Shown piece by piece: positions 62,340-64,000 of a DNA stretch of 64,000 bases (positions within the stretch are counted from its first letter, which is position 1; each line of letters begins with the position of its first letter). The notes below the pieces were generated by a model. The model worked only from the letters and a program-made list of their open reading frames with translations, searched no databases and was not told the origin of the DNA. The DNA comes from the human T2T-CHM13v2.0 reference genome, Homo sapiens. The stretch lies in assembly GCF_009914755.1 (NCBI RefSeq), contig NC_060929.1; one strand, given 5' to 3'. The position numbers and the translations under genes were made by a program.

Positions 62340-62934
62340 GTTTTTTAGTTATTTCATAATATTAAACAATAAAACTATCCACACAATTCTACCTTTAGAG
62401 TGGAGAGAAAGCAAGCAGAGCTTGAAAGGGGCTCACCCAGCCACCTCTCCTCTCAAGAAAACTGCCTTTGGTTTCTATACTTCTGCTTGCCGGAGGAGCC
62501 GGTCTAAATCTGGCAACTAAGCTGTTCTGGGTTTGATTGCTACTGTTGAATCTTCACTGAAGCTGGTCATTGCCCCTTTCTTCTTTATCCCTTCCTTGGA
62601 GTGAAATAATATAATCAAGTTCAAAAAATTTAATTGAAATATTCCATGTGAGAGTCTGTTGCCCTTTGTCAGTTCAGGGGCTAATGGGAAAACTCTGGCT
62701 TAGAGTAGAGTGAGCTCTTCAAGCAGCCTATGCAGCTCTGCCCCCCGTCTGGGGCAAGGAGTGTTTCTTGACTTCTCCAGGCAGTTGTGTGGGCTTTATC
62801 CCGATGCTGCCCCTTCCAATGGCTGTGGGCAAGAAAGTCAAGCTGAGTGCAGTGGCATGTCCCTGTAATCCCAGCTACTCAGGAGGCTGAGGCAGGTGGA
62901 TCGCTTGAGCCCAGGAATTCCAGACCAGCTAAGT

Positions 62935-63320
62935 ACCTGGTGGTGCACCCCAATCCTTCATTCTTGGGGGTTCTGAGGCCTTGATACTCCTGCTTGTGTA
63001 TAATTGAGATAATCTACATTTGTGTCTGGCCATGATAGTATAAGGGGGTCCCCAGTGGGTTCCTCAGATTCCACCCATGCTCCTTGTAGCTCCTATTTTG
63101 CGGTTCTGAGAATCACTCTAGCAAACACCATGACCCCTTTATCTTTATCTCCTATGAAGGAAACTGGAACGACCAGGTAGTTATCTCAGCTTCCATTTCA
63201 GGGGAACTACCATAGTATCCTTTGGTGGAAGTATTCTTCCCTTGGATGCCAAATTATTGATAGCAGTGGTATCCGTATCAGTAGGGCTCAGAGTTGCAGG
63301 GGTAGGGTAGCAATTTTTTT
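62935..63320 (-). mobile_element. ERV-L class internal fragment, dUTPase region
   Basis: Minus-strand translation LLP.PATLSPTD...ASKGRILPPKDTMVVPLKWKLR*LPG...KGVMVFARVI resembles HERV-L dUTPase (GGMLPPGDT..IPLNWKLRLPPG...KGVTVLAGVI as recalled). Confidence 0.7.
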
Positions 63321-64000
63321 TTAATTGACAAGAAAATCCTTTTCAAAATGTATTCAACTTCAATCATTCGTTTTCAACTTTTTCTGCTAAATCTGGAACT
63401 GTTAGTAAGGATTGTCTCAAAGAACTGTCTTTTCAAAAAGACTTTAAAGATTATTCAGTAAATGGAATCTTTTTTGTTAAATCTCTGATTTAACCTCTCC
63501 TCTTCCATGTCCATCTCCTCTTCCTCTTTCCAAAAGTGGTGACTCAGATCTTCCTAGGACAGGCTTTTCCATAGATAGACAGCTCCAGTAGCTAAGAGAG
63601 AACTGAAATATTTCTGTAACTTAATTTTCTGGTTCTAACTTATCTTTATTTGGAGGACTCTGAATAAGTCATTACATTGGTTCTGTTAGTATCTAAGGCC
63701 AGCCATCTAATCTCAACTGAGTCTTTTTATCTCCAAGCTAAGCAACAATTCTTTTACTTATTTAAAAAAAATGTTTTAGATTCTATCATTTTTCATCTTT
63801 TACTGCATATTCTTTAGTTTAAGATGTGGTATCTAGAATTAAAAACACTATTTCACATTTGATCTATGAGTGCTAAGATTCAGGAGTAGACACTGATTAA
63901 ATAATGTAGTCAGGCTGTTAGCACTCCCAACAAACCTGCATTAGTTAATTAACTGCCATTTTTCCCCACGTTGTTTCAAATTAGGATCATTAAGATGGAA

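Noticed and set aside
63330-63600. Purine-rich minus-strand stretch (MEKPVLGRSESPLLERGRGDGHGRGEVKIRDLTKKIPFTE*) after an acceptor-like ttctctcttag
   Set aside because: Short, no recognisable homologue, stops in all frames; cannot be supported without a database search.

Overview
Primate (most likely human) genomic DNA, not microbial. The window holds the complete coding sequence of FAM151B on the + strand. Six GT-AG coding exons (119-143, 13791-13916, 25601-25766, 31691-31908, 34002-34137, 53676-53835) splice in frame to 831 nt, i.e. 276 aa plus stop, downstream of a CpG-island promoter. The introns contain two ribosomal-protein retrocopies (RPS27A-like on -, RPL7-like on +), more than 40 Alus and several L1s, including a ~9-kb nested L1-in-L1 block. 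They also contain a MER11 (HML-8) solo LTR, MaLR LTRs and DNA transposon fossils (Tigger1, Tigger3, MER2, MER20, MER44 and a Mutator-like Ricksha element). An ERV-L dUTPase remnant lies downstream of the gene. Nearly all ORFs in the supplied track are Alu/L1/microsatellite artefacts. The strongest unexplained signal is a 144-bp, 97%-identical inverted repeat of apparently non-TE sequence flanking a 618-bp spacer in intron 5 (36971-37876), a candidate invertible cassette or long dsRNA hairpin. Next are a tiny orphan retro-insertion with TSDs (4420-4479) and a 123-bp direct duplication near the promoter. I see no evidence for a new multi-gene system. Repeat family names are from recall of consensus sequences and repeat ends are approximate unless TSDs are quoted.
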